Source of the DNA: Staphylococcus phage vB_Sau_S24
DNA: 64,000 nucleotides
Sequence record: KY794643.1
Strand: one strand, 5' to 3'
In this document: piece by piece, positions 54,673 to 63,970 of the stretch
Layout of the letters: the number at the start of each line of letters is the position of its first letter
Numbering within the stretch: the stretch's first letter is position 1
Notes under the pieces: model-generated
What the model was told of the DNA's origin: nothing
The model's input: the letters and a program-made list of their open reading frames with translations, nothing else
The model's database searches: none
Program-made: the position numbers and the translations under genes

Positions 54673-55209
54673 TTAAAGGTCTGCCTCTTCTTTTAATCCT
54701 AACTTTCTATCTTTAGTAAAGGGAATCGTTTTTCTATTTCCTGTTAATAGGGTTAGCTCTCTAGCCTTTTCTTTAGATAATGTTACTAACCCATTATAAT
54801 TATCTACTTTAGCATTATATTGTTGTACTAAAAATTCTATCTCATCTAATATACATCCTAATTCTCCTGATTTAACTCCAAGTAATTTTCTGTACATTTC
54901 ATAATCTTTAGAGAGGATTTCTACTTTATTTTTAGATAAAGAGTCATAAACAGCTTGTAAATTACCTTCTTCAATAAGTTTAAAATTATGCTCTCCAATG
55001 ATTAATTCTTCTTCGGACGAATCAAGAGTTACTAAACCGCTTGTTGTATAATCTTCTGTAACGTTTACAACAACACCTTCAGTTACTTTGTCACCTAATT
55101 CAATAGTCCCATCTTCATTTTCTTTAAATTTACGAGCATCGTATACTTCTACTTTGTCACCTAGTCTTAAATCTTGGGTTAAGTTATGTTTACCTATAAT
55201 TCTATCCAT
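54673..55209 (-). CDS. hypothetical protein (178 aa)
   Basis: Coupled ATGA overlap with the upstream gene. Confidence 0.5.
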   Translation of the reverse strand: MDRIIGKHNLTQDLRLGDKVEVYDARKFKENEDGTIELGDKVTEGVVVNVTEDYTTSGLVTLDSSEEELIIGEHNFKLIEEGNLQAVYDSLSKNKVEILSKDYEMYRKLLGVKSGELGCILDEIEFLVQQYNAKVDNYNGLVTLSKEKARELTLLTGNRKTIPFTKDRKLGLKEEADL

Positions 55210-55742
55210 TACGCATTCTCTCCTTTATTAATAGGGTCTTGTGTTAAAAACATTTCTAAATTATCTTTTGTAATAGGGAACCAAAAATACTGACTGTCCG
55301 GAGTTGAAACCGTGTAAAAGTCCTCTCCTTCATTTACTACAATATTTACTGGAATGAATTCATCTTGCATTAACCAATGAGTAACAACTATATCATAAGA
55401 ACCGTCACCACTATAACTTAAGTCTAATCCATGTTTATATGCTAAATCTTCTAAATATTCTAATAAATCATTTTTTGTATCGGGTTTTTCTTCTATAGGA
55501 TTATCTTTAATAGGGTTAATTAGCTCTTTACAAACGATATTATATAATTCACCATCTGTAACTTCGTAATTCTTTTTAATCAATACATCTTGAATTTTAT
55601 CAATTGAATTTGTAACTACTTCTGCGTATTCTTCTTCTGTAAACTTACATTTATCTAAATCAACATCAGTAATTAATTCTGCAATCCATTTATTTAAAAT
55701 TGATACCGCCATTGTTCTAGAAATAATATTATCATATGTCAT
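55209..55742 (-). CDS. hypothetical protein (177 aa)
   Basis: RBS AAGGAGATTAAATAA. Confidence 0.5.
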   Translation of the reverse strand: MTYDNIISRTMAVSILNKWIAELITDVDLDKCKFTEEEYAEVVTNSIDKIQDVLIKKNYEVTDGELYNIVCKELINPIKDNPIEEKPDTKNDLLEYLEDLAYKHGLDLSYSGDGSYDIVVTHWLMQDEFIPVNIVVNEGEDFYTVSTPDSQYFWFPITKDNLEMFLTQDPINKGENA

Positions 55743-55911
55743 ATTTATTTAATCTCCTTGTTTAGGTGAATGTGGTCTTCTAATGAAAAATCTAAAGGCA
55801 CTACACCATTTCTTTTAGTATTTTTTTCTTTTTTAAGTATAACACATACTATTGGAAAAGTCAAGACAGTTGCTATTAACGTTATTGAAATTTTATTTAA
55901 CTTTTCCATAA

Positions 55912-56193
55912 CTATTCTAACTCCTTAAGTTTATTCCTTACTTTATCTTTATCATACTTATAATCCTTCTCGGATGTATTCTCTATTTTTTCTTCTTCGT
56001 TAAGCTCCCTATATTGTGCTTCTTCTACTTTCTGTTCCTCTTTATCAGAACCTTCTTTAGATTCTCTCACCTCTTGAACCTTACCTTGATTACTAGAACC
56101 TCCAATTTTTTTTCTAAAAAGAAACCAAAGTATTAGTAAAACTATGAATAAAATAATAATGCTTAGTACAACAGCCCAAATATTATTAACCAT
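55912..56193 (-). CDS. membrane-anchored K/E-rich protein (93 aa)
   Basis: N-terminal TM helix followed by a charged tail. Confidence 0.45.
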   Translation of the reverse strand: MVNNIWAVVLSIIILFIVLLILWFLFRKKIGGSSNQGKVQEVRESKEGSDKEEQKVEEAQYRELNEEEKIENTSEKDYKYDKDKVRNKLKELE

Positions 56194-57038
56194 TACAACC
56201 TACCTCCAAATAATTTTTTTACAGCTTTTAAGTTTTCTGATGAATCGTTATTTATATTAATTCCAGTGCTAGAATCAAAAATTACAGCATTATCAAGTAA
56301 ACTCTCTTTAAGTTCATTTTCATAACTACTTTTACCGGTTACACTACCATAACCATCGTGTGTTAAATCAGTCATATCAGATTCAACTTCTAATACTCTA
56401 AACGAAACTCTACGTAAAAATGACGGGTTTACTAAATAAAACGATGATTTAAAAACATTTAATCTTTGATAAGAGTGCTTTATGTTAACAACAAACCCTG
56501 TAAGTTTACCTGTGTAACTTGAGTTTGACAGTTTACCTAAGTATAGATTTATACTATACCCTTTTGTTTCTAATGTTTGGATAGCACTTAACATTATAGC
56601 ACCTCTATAAGCAAGATTCTCAGGGTCTTCCATCCAACTTATACTAGAATTATAGAATACATCAATGACTTTCTTCTCTGCCTTAACTCTTTGTTGAGAC
56701 ATCATAGAGTTAGGTAAACCCTTTATAGCATTAGGTACGTGAGGTTGATAACCTTCCGGAGCTATAACCGGTTTTCTTTTTACAGATTTATCCATTCTGA
56801 ATAATGCATCAGTCATCTTTTTAAGTTTAACAACCATGTCATAAGACTCTCTATCTCCCTTAACCATTAAGTTATAGGCTTCATTAAAGCTGTGAGTACC
56901 TGTGAAATCGTAGCTACCTGTATCTGATGAGTTGTCTCTACCTGAAACTCTATTCTTTTTTAAAGCAGAAAAGAAATCAGGTAGACCATCATATTTAATT
57001 ACATTTAATTTTGAGTTATCTATTAATCGTCTACCCAT
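56193..57038 (-). CDS. hypothetical protein (281 aa), co-transcribed partner of the AAA_5 ATPase
   Basis: RBS ATAGGAGGAAAAACA. Lies directly downstream of the ATPase gene. Confidence 0.55.
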   Translation of the reverse strand: MGRRLIDNSKLNVIKYDGLPDFFSALKKNRVSGRDNSSDTGSYDFTGTHSFNEAYNLMVKGDRESYDMVVKLKKMTDALFRMDKSVKRKPVIAPEGYQPHVPNAIKGLPNSMMSQQRVKAEKKVIDVFYNSSISWMEDPENLAYRGAIMLSAIQTLETKGYSINLYLGKLSNSSYTGKLTGFVVNIKHSYQRLNVFKSSFYLVNPSFLRRVSFRVLEVESDMTDLTHDGYGSVTGKSSYENELKESLLDNAVIFDSSTGININNDSSENLKAVKKLFGGRL

Positions 57039-57049
57039 TGTTTTTCCTC

Positions 57050-58180
57050 CTATTCTAATCCTAGTTTATCCATAATAGTGTCAAAGTCCATTGAATCACT
57101 AGATGAGCTTTGAGTTTTTCCTGGTTCTTGTTTAGGCTCTTGTCTAGGTTCTTGTTTAATACCCAAAAGATTTTTTGTTGCTTCTGTGTATCTATTACCT
57201 TCAGGTAAAGAACTAATAAACTGATTAATCTCGTCTTTTGGTACAGACTTGAAGATGATACTTTCTACAACAAACTCATCATCCATTACTCCGTCTAATT
57301 TACTTCCATTAATAATTGCACGCATTGAGAAGACGTAAGGTAATCCTTTTTCATCATTTTCATATCTTAATTTTTGTACAAAGTTTACTAAGTCTTCATT
57401 ACTTGATAGTTGGTGCTCTACCTTATTATCATAATCAAATTCAACTTGAGCAAATCGGTCTAATGTAGCTCCATCTAGTTGTTGTCTACCTACGTAAATG
57501 TGGTCTGCTCCAGTTCCCATAGTATTACCTGCTGATACTACTCTAAAGTCTTCATGTGCTGAAACACGACCAGTTGGGAAGTCAAAGTATTTATTTGCAA
57601 TAGCTGAGTTAAGAATTAATAATACTTCAGGAATAGAAGCATCCATTTCATCTAAGAAGAATAATCCTCCGTTTGTAAATGCTTTATAGAATTGAGTTTC
57701 ATGAAACTTACCATTTGCATCAATAAATCCTGTTAATTTAAATTCTTGAGTGATTGCATTACTGAAATAGAAGTCTAGGTCTAAGGCTTCTGCTACTTGC
57801 TCTAATACATGGTTCTTACCTGAACCTGCTCCACCTTTTAAAAACACTGGAATGTTTTGGTTAACCAGTTTCAAGATATCTTGGTATCTGTAATGGAAGA
57901 TTCCTGAGATATCCTTAATTGTTTTTCCTTCTTGTTGTAATTCAATCTTAACTGGTAAGTTATTAAGCTGTTCCGCTACATATTCTTCAATTTGTTTTTT
58001 AACATCAGTAATAATGAATTCTCTACTCTCAGTTCCTGCTTTCTCAACAATTGCATCTACAATTGCTTGTTCATAAGGATTAGAGTTCTTCTCTCCTAGT
58101 TTCTCTGATAGTTCCTTTGTTGTTTCCATTTGTTGTTCTACCAATTTCTCTAATCTTTCAATAGTATCTTGCTTTGCCAT
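57050..58180 (-). CDS. AAA+ ATPase of the AAA_5 type (MoxR/dynein-related)
   Basis: Walker A (GGAGSGKN), Walker B (LFFLDEMD) and sensor-1 (VVSAGN). The ATG start at 58180 follows AAAGGAGAATGATAATT. Confidence 0.7.
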   Translation of the reverse strand: MAKQDTIERLEKLVEQQMETTKELSEKLGEKNSNPYEQAIVDAIVEKAGTESREFIITDVKKQIEEYVAEQLNNLPVKIELQQEGKTIKDISGIFHYRYQDILKLVNQNIPVFLKGGAGSGKNHVLEQVAEALDLDFYFSNAITQEFKLTGFIDANGKFHETQFYKAFTNGGLFFLDEMDASIPEVLLILNSAIANKYFDFPTGRVSAHEDFRVVSAGNTMGTGADHIYVGRQQLDGATLDRFAQVEFDYDNKVEHQLSSNEDLVNFVQKLRYENDEKGLPYVFSMRAIINGSKLDGVMDDEFVVESIIFKSVPKDEINQFISSLPEGNRYTEATKNLLGIKQEPRQEPKQEPGKTQSSSSDSMDFDTIMDKLGLE

Positions 58181-58330
58181 AATTATCATTCTCCTTTAAT
58201 TTGTTATACATTTATTATAATACAAGTATTTGCATTTGTCAACAACTTTCTAAAACTTTTTTTAGTTGTTAATAAAAAAATACCTTACACCTATAACTTA
58301 ACATAGGGTAAGGTAATTGTCAACACTTTT

Positions 58331-58672
58331 TTAAAAATACTTTGAATTAAAAAAGTCATCTATATCTTCAGTATCGTGTGTCTCCATATAATACATAAAC
58401 ATACAATTATATGTATGGTTATTCACTATTTCTAGCATATTATGCATAGAAGTTGCCTTATTTAATTCTTTTAAATCAATAGTTATTGTAAGTTCTTGTC
58501 CTTCATAAAGAATGTTTGCTATATAATATTTTTTAACACCTTCCATTGTTCCATGAGAAGTTTCATTATGATTAATAACTTCTATACCTAATGAAGGTAA
58601 ATACTTTGAAAAATAGTATTTACAGAAATATATAAAATTGTCTGTTCTTTTAGACACGTGTACTATCTCCAT
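58331..58672 (-). CDS. hypothetical protein (113 aa)
   Basis: ORF overlaps the upstream gene. Confidence 0.5.
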   Translation of the reverse strand: MEIVHVSKRTDNFIYFCKYYFSKYLPSLGIEVINHNETSHGTMEGVKKYYIANILYEGQELTITIDLKELNKATSMHNMLEIVNNHTYNCMFMYYMETHDTEDIDDFFNSKYF

Positions 58673-59066
58673 ATTTTATATTCCTTTCTAATCTTACATA
58701 GTATGTTTTAATTTTTTGAACTTCTTTTTCTACTGCATCTTTTCTTCCTAGCCTAGTAGTATACTTAACAATATTAAATAACATTGAGTCTACAAACCCA
58801 TCATAAGAAAAATGTTCTTCTAAGAAGGAAATAACATCCTTACTGCCTTTATAGTGCTCAGGTAAATTTGCCTCTACCGATATGTTATAATAGTCTTCTA
58901 GCAAACCAATACTTTCACCTAAACTAGTTAAAGCATAATCTAAATCATTAGAGTCATTAGACCATTCTTTAGATACTGATAACGCATCCTCTATAATTGT
59001 TATTTTTAATTTATCTAGATAATCTTCTACTTGAGCCTGTGTTTTCATAAATTCTTTTGCATTCAT
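58650..59066 (-). CDS. hypothetical protein (138 aa)
   Basis: RBS TTAGGAGGGTATTAA. Confidence 0.5.
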   Translation of the reverse strand: MNAKEFMKTQAQVEDYLDKLKITIIEDALSVSKEWSNDSNDLDYALTSLGESIGLLEDYYNISVEANLPEHYKGSKDVISFLEEHFSYDGFVDSMLFNIVKYTTRLGRKDAVEKEVQKIKTYYVRLERNIKYGDSTRV

Positions 59067-59199
59067 TTAATACCCTCCTAAATTGTATATAAAAAAACAC
59101 CCTGCTTGGTTACAAGCAAGGTGAAAAAGGAAAGATATTATGGAAGTGTACTATCTAAGTACACCTCATAATATAACAGTTTTCCTTGCCAGTTATTCC

Positions 59200-59502
59200 T
59201 TATTTTTTAAGGTCTTCTTCCTTAACAAATACTCCATTAATAAGTTTTCCTTTACGGTCTTTTATTTCATCATATGCCATATCAATGCACTCTTCAATAT
59301 CAATATCTAATTGTAAGCAAAGCACTGTTAATACTACAAATATGTCCCCTACGCTATCTCGTGTTACGTGGTCATTGCTCTTAGCAATTCCTGAAGCTAA
59401 TTCCCCTGCTTCTTCTAATAATTTTAACATCTGTCCTTCAGGTTTACCTGTTTGTAAATTTCTATCTTTTGCCCATTGTTTAATAAGTTCTACTTTTTCC
59501 AT
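59200..59502 (-). CDS. MazG-like nucleoside triphosphate pyrophosphohydrolase
   Basis: EExGE-type motif (LLEEAGELASG) and a second metal-binding segment (DSVGDIFVVL). Confidence 0.65.
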   Translation of the reverse strand: MEKVELIKQWAKDRNLQTGKPEGQMLKLLEEAGELASGIAKSNDHVTRDSVGDIFVVLTVLCLQLDIDIEECIDMAYDEIKDRKGKLINGVFVKEEDLKK

Positions 59503-59690
59503 TATTCTATATCTCCTTTAATTTCTGTATCTTTGATAATTAGATTCTCAGAGTCACTTGTTATATTTAAGTTATCTTCAACTAATTCATGTAGGTTATT
59601 AGTAATATCTTCTTCATACCGATAACCTACACGAGCATAAGCTTTCACTCTGACATCTATATTAACATAATCTTCTTGGAATTTTTCCAT
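59502..59690 (-). CDS. hypothetical protein (62 aa)
   Basis: RBS AAGGAAGTTAGAA; ATGA overlap with the downstream gene. Confidence 0.4.
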   Translation of the reverse strand: MEKFQEDYVNIDVRVKAYARVGYRYEEDITNNLHELVEDNLNITSDSENLIIKDTEIKGDIE

Positions 59691-59733
59691 TTCTAACTTC
59701 CTTTATTATATCATATTGTTATACATTTGTCAA

Positions 59734-59895
59734 TTAATCTGAATAGTTTCCTTTAGCAAGTTGATACTTTTTGTGTAATTCTTCATATACTTTTTCCATA
59801 TCTTTATACTTACGTACGTCTTCTTCAAAATGACTTAAATACTCTATTAGTATTTTAACTTCTTCAGGCTCTAAAGTTATAACTGGTTTGACCAT
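59734..59895 (-). CDS. small hypothetical protein (53 aa), a candidate only
   Basis: GGAGG precedes an ATG that overlaps the upstream stop (TAAATG). Confidence 0.3.
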   Translation of the reverse strand: MVKPVITLEPEEVKILIEYLSHFEEDVRKYKDMEKVYEELHKKYQLAKGNYSD

Positions 59896-61947
59896 TTACG
59901 CAACCTCCTTAAACTCTTCTTTATTGATTTTCTTAATATCTTTTTCTAATACTTCTTTTAATTCATTAGGTAATTTATAAGCATCAATTGATTGTTGCTG
60001 TCCTAACACATAACCATTATCTGTAATACGTATTTCAACTGTAAACCATGAATTATCTAAATCTTCTTCTAATCTTGCTAGTAGTATTAAACAGCTATTC
60101 TTTAAAATTCTATTAGCATATCCCCCAACACAATGAGATAACATTCTACCTTCATCTTTTAATTTACTTACAGTATCTGCAGGAAGGAATTTTACTTTTC
60201 TACCGTCTTTTAATTGATAAGTTTTATCAATTATTTTTTCTAACTTATTATCATACTTAGCTTTAAGTTCTGCATCATCTAATTGTTGTTGAATAGATTG
60301 TTTCTCATCTGTAACTATATCATGCTCTAGTTTCAGTGAAAAAGGTGTTAAGTTAACACTCTCTAATGTTCTATACCCTTCCCGTATTAAAATTGATAAA
60401 TCATGTAAGTAATCCAGGTAATAGTTATCTAGTGCGTATCCTGTTATACGTTGTCTGTCTTGAGCATCTACATCTAAGTAGTGAGTCATCTTTTTGTAGT
60501 TAGCAAAAGATATAGATAATATTTCATTTACAATAGGTTTTACTTTTAAAGCATCTGTAACATTTCTTACATCCTGAACCATTAAAAATGTATCATCAAA
60601 TAGTTGATGTAAATTAACCTCATTGTGTAAATGATTATAGTAATTGTATAAGGTATATGAAAATCTTAAGTAATTACCTTGCTCAAATTTATTTAAAGTT
60701 AGTAATTTTTTATAAGTTTGTTTTGTAAGATTGAAAGCTTCATGAACTTTCCATTTAGGATTTTTAGGTATATGAAATAGTAATGCATTTCTTTCAAATA
60801 ATCCGAATTCTTCTAAGTTATTTATTTTATCAATATTTTTAACAATATCTGTTAAAGTTGTTAAATAATTAGAAGTTGAATTTTCTCCTATAAAAATCCT
60901 ATATTTATCTCCTCTATAATTTATATGACCATAAACATCTATATTATCCGGACACCAACTAGAAAAATCGAAATTATGGTGTTCTAATGTTTGTTCTACT
61001 ATCTTTATTATAACCCCTCTAGTTAAGTTAGGTTGTGAGTAATTTTTTAAAATAACATTTAATAAAACAGATAATGTCAATTCATTTTTATATTCACTTT
61101 TACTAATATCGTCTTTGTATAGATTTAAAGTTAGTTCTTTATTAACAAGGCTATCTGTTAAGAAAACTTTAACCTCTCCTGTTTTAACATCGAATGAGCT
61201 TTTATTTTCTAAAACCCATTTATTACCCATATTATGTTTATTTCTGATATGTCTAACTTTAAGACCAAAAGATGAATTATTCTCAGTACCTGGATGCATG
61301 TACCAAGAACTGCTATACAATGAATCTGACATTTCCTTATAGTACTTACTAGAGCCTTTTCCTGTATCTTCCTGAAGTTTGGAAGTAATAGATGATTTTA
61401 TTAAACCGTACTTACCTTGGTCTAGAATATCCATAATATCATTATTTAAATTATCTACTGCTTCCTTATACTCATCTAATTGTCTAGATTCATACCCCCA
61501 TAAACGGTTTTCATTTTCTAATTCTTTAATTTTTTCTTCTACATAACCTTTAGATTTTATTTGTCTTCTTCTCTTACTACCATATAAAGGAAATTCTTTT
61601 CTTTCTTCTCTACTGGATTCAATATATTCTTTGTAATTTCTTCCTTGATTATTTTCAACAATACCTTCAACTAATTTTTCTACCGTTTTATATGGGTCAC
61701 CGGTAAAGTTAGTTACCTCTTTGTTTCCACATAGTGCTAAGAATAAATGTATTTCTGTAGCAGTATCAAAATTAAAGATATTATGAATATCTCTAAATAG
61801 TTCCTTAGAACCTAAGTTAATTATATTATTTTTCTTCTTCTTAAGGAATACATCTTCTTCTCCTATGTAGATACATCCTTTATTAACTTTAGGTAAATTA
61901 ATAATTTCTTGTTCTGTTAATCCTTTTTGTTTGTATGTTATTGCCAT
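59896..61947 (-). CDS. large hypothetical protein (683 aa) with a conserved C-terminal GRMLSHCVGGY segment (possibly PcfJ-like)
   Basis: Long clean ORF. RBS AAGGAGTGATTTTAA. The - strand promoter TTGACAAGTATTAATTACTATGATATGAT lies upstream. Confidence 0.6.
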   Translation of the reverse strand: MAITYKQKGLTEQEIINLPKVNKGCIYIGEEDVFLKKKKNNIINLGSKELFRDIHNIFNFDTATEIHLFLALCGNKEVTNFTGDPYKTVEKLVEGIVENNQGRNYKEYIESSREERKEFPLYGSKRRRQIKSKGYVEEKIKELENENRLWGYESRQLDEYKEAVDNLNNDIMDILDQGKYGLIKSSITSKLQEDTGKGSSKYYKEMSDSLYSSSWYMHPGTENNSSFGLKVRHIRNKHNMGNKWVLENKSSFDVKTGEVKVFLTDSLVNKELTLNLYKDDISKSEYKNELTLSVLLNVILKNYSQPNLTRGVIIKIVEQTLEHHNFDFSSWCPDNIDVYGHINYRGDKYRIFIGENSTSNYLTTLTDIVKNIDKINNLEEFGLFERNALLFHIPKNPKWKVHEAFNLTKQTYKKLLTLNKFEQGNYLRFSYTLYNYYNHLHNEVNLHQLFDDTFLMVQDVRNVTDALKVKPIVNEILSISFANYKKMTHYLDVDAQDRQRITGYALDNYYLDYLHDLSILIREGYRTLESVNLTPFSLKLEHDIVTDEKQSIQQQLDDAELKAKYDNKLEKIIDKTYQLKDGRKVKFLPADTVSKLKDEGRMLSHCVGGYANRILKNSCLILLARLEEDLDNSWFTVEIRITDNGYVLGQQQSIDAYKLPNELKEVLEKDIKKINKEEFKEVA

Positions 61948-62006
61948 TTAAAATCACTCCTTATTTGTTATGTACTAATCATATCATAGTAATTAATACT
62001 TGTCAA

Positions 62007-62035
62007 CAAAAAAAGAAGAACTTTTTAAAGTTCTT
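62007..62035. terminator. bidirectional terminator hairpin (AGAAGAACTTT-ttaa-AGTTCTTCT)
   Basis: Read directly from the sequence. Confidence 0.6.
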
Positions 62036-62288
62036 CTAAGTGAGTTTCGTATATGACCTTTCGAATTTTATTTAGCGGTTCTAAATCTAAATTTCTAATA
62101 AGTTTTTCGTACTTTCTCGAATTTTTAAAATTGATAGTATTTGGCATAGCAAGAGCCTCATCAACGTCTTTAGTATAGCTTACGACATCTGAATAGATAT
62201 CTACTTCTTTTACATATAGACCTTGAGTTAAACTTTTAAATACTACCTCATTATGTGATACAACTTCTTCTTTCTTTTCTATGCTCAT
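62025..62288 (-). CDS. hypothetical protein (87 aa)
   Basis: RBS CCAGGAGGTTTACAA. Confidence 0.5.
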   Translation of the reverse strand: MSIEKKEEVVSHNEVVFKSLTQGLYVKEVDIYSDVVSYTKDVDEALAMPNTINFKNSRKYEKLIRNLDLEPLNKIRKVIYETHLEEL

Positions 62289-62334
62289 TTGTAAACCTCC
62301 TGGTCTATTCTACACAAACAAGTACGTACTCTAA

Positions 62335-62478
62335 GCTAGTTAATGATACTGATTTAATATTATTTAATTCTTGCAATTTCTTAATATCTACATCATAGTT
62401 TTTACTTATAGTCCATAATGTCTCTCCTGCTTTTACTTTATGGTAATACTCATTTCCCTTTTTAATAAGGTCATTCAA
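62335..62478 (-). CDS. stand-alone LysM-domain mini-protein (47 aa, TTG start)
   Basis: LysM signature (YHKVKAGETLWTISKNYDVDIKKLQELNNI). GGAGGT lies 9 nt upstream of the TTG. Confidence 0.4.
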
Positions 62479-62484
62479 TATTAC

Positions 62485-63063
62485 CTACCTCCTTGAGTAA
62501 TAATTAGCCTGTAGATAACATATAAGTATAAGAACAAAGTTTACAAATTCAGTAGCTATAATGTGAACATAGGTATGTGATAAAACCATACTCGATATCA
62601 ATGAAGCTAATCCTAATCCAATAATAAGGAATAGAAATCTGTTTGTACCTTCTGCACTTTTAGTTTTATAGAATGTTGTTATCTGAGTTACATACGCAAG
62701 GATAATAGTAATAGTTGCTACAGTTTGTGTTAAAGCTGTAAAGTCACTTAATAAAAATAGTAACAATGAGAACACAATAATAAAAGGTATAGAGAAATAA
62801 TCCTTTTTTCTATATGAAGCTACTAGTAAGCAAACAATACCTAGAGTTAAATTAAGACCAACTGATACTACTTGAAACATTGAAGCATCAGTTAATAGTA
62901 AATTGTAAAAACTAATACCTACTGTAGCTACAATTAGATACCAAAAATAACTACTAACCCCTTTAACACTATCTGATTTAACTAAAGCTATTAGACCTGG
63001 TATATAACCTACTGTAACTAATATAGCATATAATATACTCAAGTAATGTGATAAATTATCCAT
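62485..63063 (-). CDS. polytopic membrane protein (192 aa, about 6 TM)
   Basis: Hydrophobic helices. Confidence 0.55.
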   Translation of the reverse strand: MDNLSHYLSILYAILVTVGYIPGLIALVKSDSVKGVSSYFWYLIVATVGISFYNLLLTDASMFQVVSVGLNLTLGIVCLLVASYRKKDYFSIPFIIVFSLLLFLLSDFTALTQTVATITIILAYVTQITTFYKTKSAEGTNRFLFLIIGLGLASLISSMVLSHTYVHIIATEFVNFVLILICYLQANYYSRR

Positions 63064-63682
63064 CTTGTTCTCCTAACTTCTCTAATCTGTTAAGGACTTC
63101 TTCCCAAGAGATAAACCCTTCTCCGTCTGTTAATTCTAAAACCATACCATATACAAATTGATTTGTACTAAACTCAGCTCTATCAGGGTCATCATAACCT
63201 TTTCCATGTCCTTGTCGAATATCCGAGCAATAAATTAAAACAGGTTTATTTACAATATTTTCAAGTTTTTCTACGATTAATTCCTCTTCTTCACTTAACC
63301 AAGTTTCAAATCTATCTGATATATAATTAAAGTGTTCTTCTCCATTATCGTATATATGGTTAATTGTTTCTTGTGCTTGATGTTTCATACCCAATAGAAT
63401 ACCTAGTTCTGCAATTGTTCCTAGTCCTTCGTTAAGAATGTCAAATACAAAAATATCTGACTCTTGCATAGCTTTAAAATCATTGTTTAAAATACGTTCC
63501 GCTAACTTAGTTTGTTCTGCGTTAGCTTTGTCATTAATTGATTTATCTTTGTGAGGGCTGTAAGGAGTTACTCCTACAATACCTTCTACTTGTTTATGTT
63601 GTTTGTCTCTATAATCTACCATTGCGTCATTAAGTAGGTGACCTCCCATGTAGATTACTTTATCTTTAATATAATTAGTCAT
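63056..63682 (-). CDS. nucleoside 2-deoxyribosyltransferase-like protein
   Basis: NDT-like catalytic segment (FVFDILNEGLGTIAELGILLG). RBS AAGGAGGAAAAATAA. Confidence 0.55.
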   Translation of the reverse strand: MTNYIKDKVIYMGGHLLNDAMVDYRDKQHKQVEGIVGVTPYSPHKDKSINDKANAEQTKLAERILNNDFKAMQESDIFVFDILNEGLGTIAELGILLGMKHQAQETINHIYDNGEEHFNYISDRFETWLSEEEELIVEKLENIVNKPVLIYCSDIRQGHGKGYDDPDRAEFSTNQFVYGMVLELTDGEGFISWEEVLNRLEKLGEQDG

Positions 63683-63907
63683 TTATTTTTCCTCCTTAGA
63701 ATTATGTACAATTGAAAATAAAATAAGACTTACACTTGCTAAAAATGCTAATACCACTAAACCAGGTAAATTTAGAACTGTTGATAAGAATAATGATATT
63801 GCACTTATAATGTAAACTAAACCGCTTAGAAATAAAGTTAATAATACAATTGTTATAAGTTTTACCAACCAGTTGTTATTAATAAATACATTAGCTAAAT
63901 AATTCAT
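63683..63907 (-). CDS. small membrane protein (74 aa)
   Basis: Two TM helices. RBS AAGGAGGATTTTTT. Confidence 0.5.
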   Translation of the reverse strand: MNYLANVFINNNWLVKLITIVLLTLFLSGLVYIISAISLFLSTVLNLPGLVVLAFLASVSLILFSIVHNSKEEK

Positions 63908-63924
63908 AAAAAATCCTCCTTAGT

Positions 63925-63970
63925 TATTATAAAATAAGTATACCATAACTAAGGAGGCTTGTCAACATAT
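63925..63970 (-). promoter_or_regulatory. - strand promoter TTGACA-N17-TATACT at the head of the left-arm operon
   Basis: Reverse complement: GTTGACAAGCCTCCTTAGTTATGGTATACTTATT. Confidence 0.45.

Noticed and set aside
47843-61342. + strand ORFs 47843..48025, 51690..51893, 52055..52240, 52905..53102, 53511..53726, 53968..54195, 57498..57689, 59186..59521 and 61115..61342
   Set aside because: They are antisense to the - strand left-arm genes, lack RBSs and show a Ser/Leu/Ile-rich shadow composition.
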